The notes beneath the pieces are model-generated. The model was given only the letters and a program-made list of their open reading frames with translations, made no database searches and was not told the DNA's origin. From NCBI GenBank assembly GCA_964549185.1, contig CAZJUI010000002.1, forward strand, positions 28,409 to 92,408: 64,000 bases of DNA, in the 5' to 3' direction. The position numbers and the translations under genes are program-made. This document shows, one piece after another, positions 19,734 to 28,429 of this stretch. Numbering within the stretch: position 1 is the first letter of the stretch; the number at the start of each line of letters is the position of its first letter. Origin of the DNA: Candidatus Woesearchaeota archaeon (GTDB lineage Archaea; Nanobdellota; Nanobdellia; SCGC-AAA011-G17; JAGVZF01).

Positions 19734-19825
19734 TATTAAGAAATATATCTTGCTATCACTTCTCACATCTCACACATTTCACATATGCGCGTAAAGTTTA
19801 TAAATGAGTATTATTTAGTATATTT

Positions 19826-20065
19826 ATGCAACAAGAATCAATAGTTCAAATGCTTGTATCTGGTCAAAATGACCTAGAATGGTTCGAACAAAACCAAGAT
19901 TATCTTAAATCTGAGTATAATAATAAGTTTATTGCTTTTTATGATAAGAAAGTTATAGATTCTGATGCTAATTTAGATAGATTAATGAAAAAATTAGAAA
20001 AAAAAGAAATAAACATTTCTAGAGTATTTATAGAATTTATCAGTAAAGTAAAAACAATATTATAA
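19826..20065 (+). CDS. Small hypothetical protein, DUF5678-like and antitoxin-like.
   Basis: ORF of 79 aa. The pattern NNKFIAFYDKKVIDSDANLDRL resembles small archaeal antitoxin-like proteins. Confidence 0.35.
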   Translation: MQQESIVQMLVSGQNDLEWFEQNQDYLKSEYNNKFIAFYDKKVIDSDANLDRLMKKLEKKEINISRVFIEFISKVKTIL

Positions 20066-20321
20066 AGTGATTACAATGAATGAAAGAATACCATTACAAA
20101 TAATTAGAAGAAGACTGATTTTAACATCAGTTATTGAATATAAAAACCTAAGAAGTACTAGAAAATATATGTAAATTACAATAGACAATGGAAGTCATAA
20201 TTCTTATATCAGTGATAAAGATGTTAAAAAATTACAAATACCAATTAGAGATAAATTAGCAATCGAAGAGGTCGATCTTGGTGGCTCAAGATTCAAACAA
20301 GTTTCCCTTCCAAGAATAACT

Positions 20322-20525
20322 ATGTATATCCTAAAAGAAAATCGTGATTATTTGATATTAAACACTTCATTATCTGCCTTAAAGACAACTAAATCTTCTG
20401 AGCAAAAAATTCAAATAGCACAAATATTACCATCAATATTAGGTTTAGACTTTCTTGAAGACCAAAAACTTTCTTTACATGTTATTTTAAATGAAAACAT
20501 TGCATATTTGGAGGTAGAAAAATGA
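20322..20525 (+). CDS. Hypothetical protein, possibly the remnant of a longer disrupted gene.
   Basis: ORF of 67 aa. The reading frame stays open upstream to 20175 without an ATG. Confidence 0.3.
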   Translation: MYILKENRDYLILNTSLSALKTTKSSEQKIQIAQILPSILGLDFLEDQKLSLHVILNENIAYLEVEK

Positions 20526-20872
20526 AACAAAATAGCAAAAGTTATGCAAGCAAATTTTGGAAAGATTGGTTAGAAGCAGATCTTTTAAAAAGAGAAGACA
20601 TGATCAAAAAATTGCCAATAGTTAAAAATATATGGGATATAAAAAAACTCCCAAAAAAGATAAGAGAACATTCATTTGCTTTATTGCTTCTTGGTTTTTT
20701 TGAAGATTTAGAATCCGCAGTTTATACAAAGATAGAACTTGAAGAAAATAAGAAAAAAGATTTGGAAATTATTAAAAAATTCAAATCAGATAGTACTATG
20801 ACTGAAGAAGACGCAATTAGATTAGGAAGAGAATTAAATAAAAAGATAGCGAAAAGAAGGAAATTCCAATAA
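20522..20872 (+). CDS. Hypothetical protein.
   Basis: ORF of 116 aa, rich in Lys. It overlaps the previous stop by 4 nt. Confidence 0.35.
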   Translation: MKQNSKSYASKFWKDWLEADLLKREDMIKKLPIVKNIWDIKKLPKKIREHSFALLLLGFFEDLESAVYTKIELEENKKKDLEIIKKFKSDSTMTEEDAIRLGRELNKKIAKRRKFQ

Positions 20873-20907
20873 AAAACCTTATAAAACCTATCTTCTCCAG
20901 TATATAC

Positions 20908-21303
20908 ATGAAAAAACAAGAAATATTAGAATTAGTAAGCTACACATTTCAAACCTTACTAGTTACATATCTAGTATTAATTTTATTAGAAGAACTAAAG
21001 AAAGGTTTTGTTTCAGCTTATTTTAACTCAAATTACTTATTAGTCATAGTTATCATTCTAGGAATAGTAACTGTTTTATTCTATAAAGAAGAAAAAAAAT
21101 TCACTTTAGAAGATAAAATAACAAAAAAAGATTATATTTTAATTTCTTTACTTTCAATAGCAGGAATTATTATAATTTTTATAAAAACTAAAAATCTAGG
21201 TTTTCTTAGGTATATAATTTCAATAATAACAGGAATATTAATTTTTTTATTATCATTGCTAGTTTTACAAGAAGATGAGAAAGAAGAAACAGAATGGGTT
21301 TAA
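20908..21303 (+). CDS. Small membrane protein.
   Basis: ORF of 131 aa with 3 or 4 TM helices. Its stop abuts the next start. Confidence 0.4.
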   Translation: MKKQEILELVSYTFQTLLVTYLVLILLEELKKGFVSAYFNSNYLLVIVIILGIVTVLFYKEEKKFTLEDKITKKDYILISLLSIAGIIIIFIKTKNLGFLRYIISIITGILIFLLSLLVLQEDEKEETEWV

Positions 21304-22842
21304 ATGAAAGCTATAATTAAAAATTCATTATTTCAATTATTAATAGTATACACAATTTTAGTAACTTTAGCTAATTTTGATTTTATTTCAAGATATATAA
21401 TTCACTTTGAGATATTTGCATTAATCTTGGCAATTTTCGCCATCTTCACATTAAAAGAAAGCAATAATTTCGAAATAAAACAATATTTTATTTTTCTCCC
21501 ATTATTTTTAATTATAATTACAAGAGCAATTCCTTTCTTATTCTCAAATATTCCTCTTGGTTATGATGTTGGAATCTACAAATATGCTTTTGATACTTAT
21601 ACTTCATCTCTTCCAAATATTCCTTATCAAACAACACAATGGTTTACAAACACATTTCCTTTAGGATTTGCAGCAGTAATAGATACTTTAACCATAGCAG
21701 GATTTAACACATCTTTATTATTAACAATAGGATTAATATTCCTAGAAATATTGCTTGGTTTATCTTTATACATAACAACAAAGAAATTATTCAACAAAGA
21801 AATAGCTTTTTTCTCATTGTTATTATTCTCAGTTTCAATAGCCCAGTTTAAAACATTTTCATATTTCTATTATAAAAATATCATAGCTTTAATTTTCTTA
21901 TTAATTGCATTTTACTTTTTGAAATCAAAAAAATACATTCCATTTGTATTGGTTTCAGTAATGATAGGCTCTATCCATCAGCCAACATTTTTATTATTCG
22001 CTTTAATTGCAGTTATTTACTCTTTAATTAACTATAAAGAATTAAAATACACAATTCCAAGCGGTTTAGCAATTATTATTCTAACTTTACCTTTCTATAT
22101 TGACAGATTAAAAGAATTAATCTTAGATAACATTCAGCCAATAATAACAGCCAATATAGGAGCAGGAACTTTCATAACATTTTTACAATATCAATTTTTA
22201 TCTATAGCTTATTTACCATTTGCAGCTCTAGGTTTTTTCTATTTAATAAAAAAGAAAGATTACACTTTCGCTTTAATTTGGTTTATCATTAATTTCATCA
22301 TAGTTTTCTTCCAATTAATCTTCTTCAATAGATTTATCATTCATCTAGATATTATTTTTATAATCACAGCAGGAATAGGAATTTTCTATTTAATAAAAGA
22401 TAATAAAAAACTAGGTTATACTATAGCAATTGTTTTATTATTATCAACAACATTCTTAACATTAAAAGATGCAGCTGCTTCTAAGCCATTAATCACAGAA
22501 GAAAATCTTAAACTTATACAATCTTTGCAAAACACAGAACAAAATTCATATGTAATGGCAACTTCCTCTTCTTTATCTCCATGGGTTTTAGGATATTCAG
22601 GAAGAGAAACAATAGCTCCTGGATTATTTGATCTAAACAAATGGAATCTTGATCAATGGAAAAGATTTTGGTCAGCTAATAATTACAATGAAATAAGAGA
22701 TTTAATGTTAGATTATTCAAATTTAAAGCCAATGTATATTGTAGCTTACAAAGGTCAACTAAACCTAAATAAATTTAACGATAAATGTTTCTCATTATAC
22801 AATAAAACAAATAACTTATTCATCTATAAACTAGAATGCTAA
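21304..22842 (+). CDS. Polytopic membrane protein, possibly a GT-C-type glycosyltransferase of the PMT/ArnT type.
   Basis: ORF of 512 aa with about 12 TM helices followed by a soluble C-terminal domain of about 120 aa. It has an early extracytoplasmic-loop YD motif (NIPLGYDVGIYKY). Confidence 0.35.
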   Translation: MKAIIKNSLFQLLIVYTILVTLANFDFISRYIIHFEIFALILAIFAIFTLKESNNFEIKQYFIFLPLFLIIITRAIPFLFSNIPLGYDVGIYKYAFDTYTSSLPNIPYQTTQWFTNTFPLGFAAVIDTLTIAGFNTSLLLTIGLIFLEILLGLSLYITTKKLFNKEIAFFSLLLFSVSIAQFKTFSYFYYKNIIALIFLLIAFYFLKSKKYIPFVLVSVMIGSIHQPTFLLFALIAVIYSLINYKELKYTIPSGLAIIILTLPFYIDRLKELILDNIQPIITANIGAGTFITFLQYQFLSIAYLPFAALGFFYLIKKKDYTFALIWFIINFIIVFFQLIFFNRFIIHLDIIFIITAGIGIFYLIKDNKKLGYTIAIVLLLSTTFLTLKDAAASKPLITEENLKLIQSLQNTEQNSYVMATSSSLSPWVLGYSGRETIAPGLFDLNKWNLDQWKRFWSANNYNEIRDLMLDYSNLKPMYIVAYKGQLNLNKFNDKCFSLYNKTNNLFIYKLEC

Positions 22843-22883
22843 GCTTTAAAAACAGACATATATACTGCAGTATATAGATTAAC

Positions 22884-23804
22884 ATGGAAGAAAAGCGCAT
22901 AATAATACCAAGACCATATAGAAGAAAAAAAATTCAAAATCCAAGGCAATCAAGAGATTATGCATGGTTCTTGGGAGTAATGGCAGGAGATGGTTCTTCT
23001 ACCTATGGGGATAATACTACAAATAATGCAATAAGATTAACAGTTACCTCTGAAGAATTCAGAAACGAATTTGCAAGAAAAGGACAAGAATTATTTGGAT
23101 TAGAAGCAAGAGGATATAAAATTTTCATATCAGAAATAAATCCTAATTGGAAAGATACGTATTATGCAGGATTTAATTCTGCTAATCTTGTTGATTTATT
23201 GGGGGATTTTAGATCAGATAAATGGGTAGATACAATAAAAAATAAACATCTATGGGTTACAGATAAACAAGGATTTATTTGGGGATTTCTTAGTGGATAT
23301 TTCGATTCAGAAGGGAGTGTAAGTAATCCATATAAATTAAGAAGAAAAGCAAAAAATGGGTATGAAACACGAATTCGTTTCGCAACTGCATATAGAAATG
23401 CCGCTGAATTTACTGTAAATTTATTAAATCGAGTAGGAATTAAAAGTTATATAGAAAAAAGTGCTAGCAAAAGAGAAGGAATATCATCCGTAACATTTAC
23501 TAAGTTAGAATATATGAAAAGATTTTCTGAAAATGTTTATTCATTTGTTCAAGAAAAAGAAGAAAGATTAAAATTTTATAGAAACACCAAATTAGTAACA
23601 GGACCATCTCTTGATGTAATAGAAGCTTATCATTTAACAATGAAATTAAGAAAGGAAACTGGATTTGGTTCAAGAAAATTAGCTAAACATCCATTATTAG
23701 AAAAATACAATCTTTCACATACTACAATTAATAATTGGATTTATGCAGGTAATAATCCCACAATTAATGGAAGACATTATACATATTTTAGTTTGGTTGA
23801 TTAA
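22884..23804 (+). CDS. Free-standing protein with two LAGLIDADG motifs, homing-endonuclease-like.
   Basis: ORF of 306 aa carrying AWFLGVMAGDGSS and WGFLSGYFDSEGSV, about 100 aa apart. Confidence 0.6.
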   Translation: MEEKRIIIPRPYRRKKIQNPRQSRDYAWFLGVMAGDGSSTYGDNTTNNAIRLTVTSEEFRNEFARKGQELFGLEARGYKIFISEINPNWKDTYYAGFNSANLVDLLGDFRSDKWVDTIKNKHLWVTDKQGFIWGFLSGYFDSEGSVSNPYKLRRKAKNGYETRIRFATAYRNAAEFTVNLLNRVGIKSYIEKSASKREGISSVTFTKLEYMKRFSENVYSFVQEKEERLKFYRNTKLVTGPSLDVIEAYHLTMKLRKETGFGSRKLAKHPLLEKYNLSHTTINNWIYAGNNPTINGRHYTYFSLVD

Positions 23805-23849
23805 ATTCAAATAACAATTCTTAAAAACCTTTATTTTTGTCATATTTTC

Positions 23850-25286
23850 ATGGAATCCGCAGGAAAAGGAACATTATACTTAATAATAGCACAAGTTGTA
23901 ATGATAATCTCAGGTTATCTTACACATTTTGTTCTAGGTAGATATCTAGGACCTGAAAGCTATGGAACTTACGGATTAATATTAACAATAGCCACAACAT
24001 TAAACTTAATCTTAACTTCTGGAATTCCAACCTCAGTTTCAAAGTTTATTGCAGAACAAGAATCAAGATCCAAATCAATTTTAAAAAAAGCATTAAAAGT
24101 ACAATTAATATTCTCAGTTATAATTTCTTTATTATTCTTAGCATCAGCTCATTTAATATCAACATTATTGCAAGATGCTTCATTAACAAATTATTTTAGA
24201 TTAATGTCAATAGTTATCATTCCATATTCCTTATTTTCAATTTTAATTGGTTATTTTAATGGGAAAAGATTATTCAAAACCCAAGCAATATTAAATATTT
24301 TTTATTCAATTGCAAGAGCTGCAGCAATTATAGGTTTAGCCTTCTTATTCCATCTATATGGAACAATTATTGCATTTATGGTATCTCCAATATTAATATT
24401 AATCATAGCATTATATCTATCAAGAAAAGATAAAACCCAAGAAGATTCCATTTCATCCAAAACATTAATAAAATATGCAATTCCAATTTCAATTTTTGCA
24501 GTAATCTTTAATTTTGTACAAACTTTAGATTTATATTTTGTTAAATCTTTGTTAAAACAAGACATCTTTACAGGTTATTACACAGCTTCAATAACAATTT
24601 CCAGAGTTCCATTGTATATTTTAACTTCGTTATCCATAGTTATACTTCCTTTAATATCAAATGCATTAAATGACAAGGAAAGAACAAAAAGATTAATCAA
24701 CTCAGCAACAAAATATACCCTAATTATTTTAATGCCTTTAACAATTTTATTTGCTACAACATCAGAAAGAATAATTTCATTATTTTATTCCAATGTTTAC
24801 TCTCCTGCTTCAACTTCATTATCAATTTTAATAATTGCCATAGCCTTCTTTACAATATATTCATTTTTATCCAATATTCTAAACGGAGCAGGAAAACAAA
24901 GAGTTCCAATGTATATTATTCTAGTCTTATTAGTCATAGATTTTATTTTACTTAATTTCCTAGTTCCAAAATATCAATTGGTTGGAGCAGCAATATCTAC
25001 ATTAATAGTAAGTTTTCTAGCTTTTTTATTATCATCAATCATAGTTTACAAAGAATTCAAAGCTTTAATTTCATTTAGATCTTTAGTAAGAATATTATTT
25101 GCATCTTTAATACTATTTGCTCCATTATTCTACACTTTAAACAAATACTTCTTGCCATTGGAGTATTTAATATTAACTTTACTATATTTAATAATCTTAT
25201 ATTTATTCAAGGAAATAAGAAAACAAGATATCAAAGAATTACTTCCAACTAAATTTCATGGAATATTAAACTTCATTCCCGAATGA
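23850..25286 (+). CDS. Polysaccharide biosynthesis flippase, Wzx/MOP superfamily.
   Basis: ORF of 478 aa with about 12-14 TM helices, typical of MATE/Wzx-like proteins. It is in the glycosylation locus. Confidence 0.7.
   Translation: MESAGKGTLYLIIAQVVMIISGYLTHFVLGRYLGPESYGTYGLILTIATTLNLILTSGIPTSVSKFIAEQESRSKSILKKALKVQLIFSVIISLLFLASAHLISTLLQDASLTNYFRLMSIVIIPYSLFSILIGYFNGKRLFKTQAILNIFYSIARAAAIIGLAFLFHLYGTIIAFMVSPILILIIALYLSRKDKTQEDSISSKTLIKYAIPISIFAVIFNFVQTLDLYFVKSLLKQDIFTGYYTASITISRVPLYILTSLSIVILPLISNALNDKERTKRLINSATKYTLIILMPLTILFATTSERIISLFYSNVYSPASTSLSILIIAIAFFTIYSFLSNILNGAGKQRVPMYIILVLLVIDFILLNFLVPKYQLVGAAISTLIVSFLAFLLSSIIVYKEFKALISFRSLVRILFASLILFAPLFYTLNKYFLPLEYLILTLLYLIILYLFKEIRKQDIKELLPTKFHGILNFIPE
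25246..25286. repeat. Direct repeat, copy 1. It is the 3' end of the flippase gene.
   Basis: ctaaatttcatggaatattaaacttcattccCgaatGa is repeated at 25966..26006 with two mismatches. Confidence 0.8.
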
Positions 25287-25289
25287 TTA

Positions 25290-25676
25290 TTAATAAGATA
25301 TAACTTTAACATCATCAATTCTAGAAAAATGTTGTTTATTATTTGTTATTATTATATTACAATTATTTTTTAACATTATTGCAGATATTAAACAGTCATT
25401 TTGTCCGATCATTTTTCCCTTTTTAGCTAGATCAGATAGAATTTTAGCAGCATTTCTCCCCCAATTATTATTACATAAGATTTTTATAGTTTCAAAAAAG
25501 GATAAAGCAATTTCTTCTTCATTTTTATTAAATTTTTTATTATAAATTCCAAAAAAAACTTCAAAAACATTAATCTCTGTAGTTGCAATGTCTTCTTTAT
25601 ATCTTTCTATAACATTTTTAGCTTCTTTATTTCCATTTAAAAAATCAATAATGCAATCAGAGTCTATACATATCAT
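25290..25676 (-). CDS. PIN-domain toxin, VapC.
   Basis: ORF of 128 aa with motifs MICIDSDCIIDFL, NDCLISAIML and ITNNKQHF. Confidence 0.65.
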   Translation of the reverse strand: MICIDSDCIIDFLNGNKEAKNVIERYKEDIATTEINVFEVFFGIYNKKFNKNEEEIALSFFETIKILCNNNWGRNAAKILSDLAKKGKMIGQNDCLISAIMLKNNCNIIITNNKQHFSRIDDVKVISY

Positions 25677-25912
25677 TTTTTCTTATACAATCTTAAAAGT
25701 TCTTTACTTGAATTGTCTCTAAGTTTTAAAATATCTCCCTTCATTTTTTTTATTTCAGTTTCTGGCGTATCTTTCCAAGCGCCGGCAAATTTCATTACAT
25801 CTCCCTTTTTTGCAATTCTTCTAATAACATCAGAAAAACTTTCTTCTTCATTTTTAGTTTTTTTTAAAATGTCATACACATCATCCATTATTGATATAGT
25901 TTTAGTTCCCAT
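25673..25912 (-). CDS. VapB-type antitoxin. The true start is probably at MGTK or MDDV rather than the MCMCMCM in the ORF track.
   Basis: ORF of 79-85 aa that overlaps the PIN start by 4 nt. The start of the ORF-track version runs through an (ATACAC)n microsatellite. Confidence 0.45.
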   Translation of the reverse strand: MGTKTISIMDDVYDILKKTKNEEESFSDVIRRIAKKGDVMKFAGAWKDTPETEIKKMKGDILKLRDNSSKELLRLYKKK

Positions 25913-25934
25913 ACACATACACATACACATACAT
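25911..25934. repeat. Hexanucleotide microsatellite, (ATACAC)3 plus ATACAT.
   Basis: The sequence reads atacacatacacatacacatacat. It sits at the junction between the TA cassette and the right-hand flanking repeat. Confidence 0.9.
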
Positions 25935-25965
25935 CTATATAAACTTTTCTATCAAAGAACTTCTC

Positions 25966-26006
25966 TCATCTAAATTTCATGGAATATTAAACTTCATTCC
26001 TGAATA
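25966..26006. repeat. Direct repeat, copy 2. It duplicates the 3' end of the flippase gene.
   Basis: It matches 25246..25286. Confidence 0.8.
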
Positions 26007-26066
26007 ACCACTTTTAAAAAGTAACAATAGAAAACTTTATAAGCTAATAATTTTCATAAAGAACCC

Positions 26067-26933
26067 ATGGCAAATATTAAAATTGAAGGTTATAGAACAA
26101 TTTCACCAAACGAGGTATTTGGAAGAGCTTCAAACCCAATACCACATAATGAAACAAAACTTCTTACTGAAACTACTGAACTAATTTATTTGCAAAGATA
26201 TGGTATACCAAGAACAGACGATGTTTTGCAAGCAATTGTAACAAGTGCAGCAGAAGTTAGAGATGAAAAATCAAAGGATAAATATACTTTTTCAGAAATA
26301 GCAAAATTCTTAAAAATAGGCATTAGATTAAATCGCATTAATTCAGAATATATAGAAAAAATAGCAAGCTCTGAAAAAGAAACAATAGACCATATCAAAA
26401 GACATATGCCACCAACAGATTTGGAGCAAGGAAGATATTATCTAAAACTGTTTAATGGCACAATCATTAATGATATTTTAAAAACCTCGGCTCCAGTTAT
26501 AAAATCCATAGGTAACAATAAATATGGAGAAATGATAGAATTATGTTGCAACGATTCACTAATTTTTACATTGATGATGCAAGACAGTAAAACATTGCCA
26601 GATAGATCAGAAATAGAATATCTAATGAAAAGAAGAGCCAATAACCCAGCTGTTAGTTCCATAGCGGGAAAAGGAATAGATTATCAAAAATTTATAAGAA
26701 TTGTAGAATGGTTTTATAATTTATCTACTACTAAAGAAGTTGAGAAAATTCCAGACACATCTTTACCCCTATTTGTAACAACTGCATCTACTGCAATAGC
26801 GGTTTCCGCAATCTGCAAAAGATTAAGAGAATCTCCTTTCGAAAAAGAAGGTAATGGAACTTTAATGGAAACATTGGAAAGTTTATTTGGACAGCTCAAA
26901 AGAGTTGATGAAACAGGCTTTCAAAAAAATTAA
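26067..26933 (+). CDS. Hypothetical protein.
   Basis: ORF of 288 aa with no recognisable motif. Confidence 0.45.
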   Translation: MANIKIEGYRTISPNEVFGRASNPIPHNETKLLTETTELIYLQRYGIPRTDDVLQAIVTSAAEVRDEKSKDKYTFSEIAKFLKIGIRLNRINSEYIEKIASSEKETIDHIKRHMPPTDLEQGRYYLKLFNGTIINDILKTSAPVIKSIGNNKYGEMIELCCNDSLIFTLMMQDSKTLPDRSEIEYLMKRRANNPAVSSIAGKGIDYQKFIRIVEWFYNLSTTKEVEKIPDTSLPLFVTTASTAIAVSAICKRLRESPFEKEGNGTLMETLESLFGQLKRVDETGFQKN

Positions 26934-26967
26934 ATAAGTTTATATAATTTCTTAATATACTTATCCT

Positions 26968-27264
26968 ATGCATAAAAAGTTTAAAACAAGAACATTGCTT
27001 GAGAGAATAGTAAAACCAAAAGATTCTGAGCTTACAGTATTAGTTGTAGATGTTTTTGATAATTCCGCAGGTGCAGGATTTGCATATCCATATAATGATC
27101 CAAAAGGAGAAGGAATATTTTTAGACTGTCATCATGGAGATAGATCAAAATACAAGCATGGAAAGATAAAGCACAAACAAGGAGATTTAATTTTTGCTTT
27201 TGTCCAACAGAGGGATAAAGGATTTTACGCTTCTTATTATCGCCCATATAAAAAGAATTATTAA
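26968..27264 (+). CDS. Divergent cold-shock-domain (OB-fold) like protein.
   Basis: ORF of 98 aa. The stretch VLVVDVFDNSAGAGFAYP...GEGIFLDCHHGD resembles the CSD pattern VKWFN..KGFGFI...DVFVH. It is a paralog of 28136..28429. Confidence 0.4.
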   Translation: MHKKFKTRTLLERIVKPKDSELTVLVVDVFDNSAGAGFAYPYNDPKGEGIFLDCHHGDRSKYKHGKIKHKQGDLIFAFVQQRDKGFYASYYRPYKKNY

Positions 27265-27316
27265 CCCAATTCTTGCATAAAAAAGGTTTAAAAATTTATC
27301 TATTAACAAGATTAGT

Positions 27317-27727
27317 ATGTTATCCACAATAAACAGAGAAAAAGGAAGAAAAGTATTGAGATTGGAATTCTTTAACGAAGAAATAAGAGGTTTAGAATAT
27401 TATATAAAATTTAATTTAAAAGAAGAACCTAAGGGGAAAAGATATGATATAAAAAATAATAACCTATTGTTAGGATATAAAGAAAACATTCCATTATGGA
27501 TAAACCTAACAAAAGAAAGAAAAGATTCCATAAGATATTATCGTGGCGGTATAGTTATAGAGCTTACTAGAGTATCCAAGAATAACTTATTAAAAGAGGG
27601 TAAGCTTTCTCCTTACAGAATATCAAATCCAGATGAATATGATTTATTGTTGGTCTCTCATCCGGATCAAGAAGCTATATCCTATAAAAAAATCCCAGAA
27701 TATAAAAAAACAAGCCCAATAGAATAA
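27317..27727 (+). CDS. Hypothetical protein.
   Basis: ORF of 136 aa. Confidence 0.4.
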   Translation: MLSTINREKGRKVLRLEFFNEEIRGLEYYIKFNLKEEPKGKRYDIKNNNLLLGYKENIPLWINLTKERKDSIRYYRGGIVIELTRVSKNNLLKEGKLSPYRISNPDEYDLLLVSHPDQEAISYKKIPEYKKTSPIE

Positions 27728-27729
27728 AA

Positions 27730-28098
27730 ATGAGAAAACTAATATCAGAATTGGAAAATAAACAAGTAAGGATAAGGTTGGAGTTTACAAAAAGTGATAT
27801 AAAAGATTTAGCTTCTGAAAATGGGTTATTGGAAAGTTTGAATAATAAATTAAGACTATTACATCAGCGCTTTGATACAATAGATTTGTCTATAAAATTA
27901 GTAAACGGAAATGATTCAGTAACCTATAAAAATGGGGAAATAACTCTTAATCTATCTAGACAATCTTACATAAAATTAAAAGATCTTAAAAATTCTGGGA
28001 AAACCCATGAGCATCTTTCCTATGGATTTGGTCCTGAAATTTCACAAAATAGTAAAAAATACGAACTTATCCTGACAAAAGAGGGAGCATATTTTTAA
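27730..28098 (+). CDS. Hypothetical protein.
   Basis: ORF of 122 aa starting 3 nt after the previous gene. Confidence 0.4.
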   Translation: MRKLISELENKQVRIRLEFTKSDIKDLASENGLLESLNNKLRLLHQRFDTIDLSIKLVNGNDSVTYKNGEITLNLSRQSYIKLKDLKNSGKTHEHLSYGFGPEISQNSKKYELILTKEGAYF

Positions 28099-28135
28099 AA
28101 GATAAGTTTAAATATTTTTTCTACATATTCATTAT

Positions 28136-28429
28136 ATGGAATCGATTCAAGATCCAAGAAGACCTAAAAATAGAATAACTTCTACTCCAGAAAATGTAAA
28201 TCTTGAATCAACAGTAGTCATTTGGTTTAATAATAATAGGGGTTATAGATTTGCTCTGCCCACTGCCGAATCTGAAAATCATGATATTTTCTTACATTGT
28301 AACAATGGAGATATATCGAAATATGTTGATGGATATATAAATCATCAAAAAGGAGACAAAATATTAGTTAAAGTTGAAAAACATAAAGAAAAGTATTATG
28401 CATCATATTTTTGTCCGAATAAATCATAA
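28136..28429 (+). CDS. Divergent cold-shock-domain-like protein. It is a paralog of 26968..27264.
   Basis: ORF of 97 aa. The stretch VVIWFNNNRGYRFALP...HDIFLHCNNGDISKY is CSD-like. Confidence 0.45.
   Translation: MESIQDPRRPKNRITSTPENVNLESTVVIWFNNNRGYRFALPTAESENHDIFLHCNNGDISKYVDGYINHQKGDKILVKVEKHKEKYYASYFCPNKS

Noticed and set aside
25913-25930. The MCMCMCM N-terminus of the antitoxin ORF.
   Set aside because: It is a translation of the (ATACAC)n microsatellite. The real start is more likely the downstream Met (MGTK... or MDDV...).
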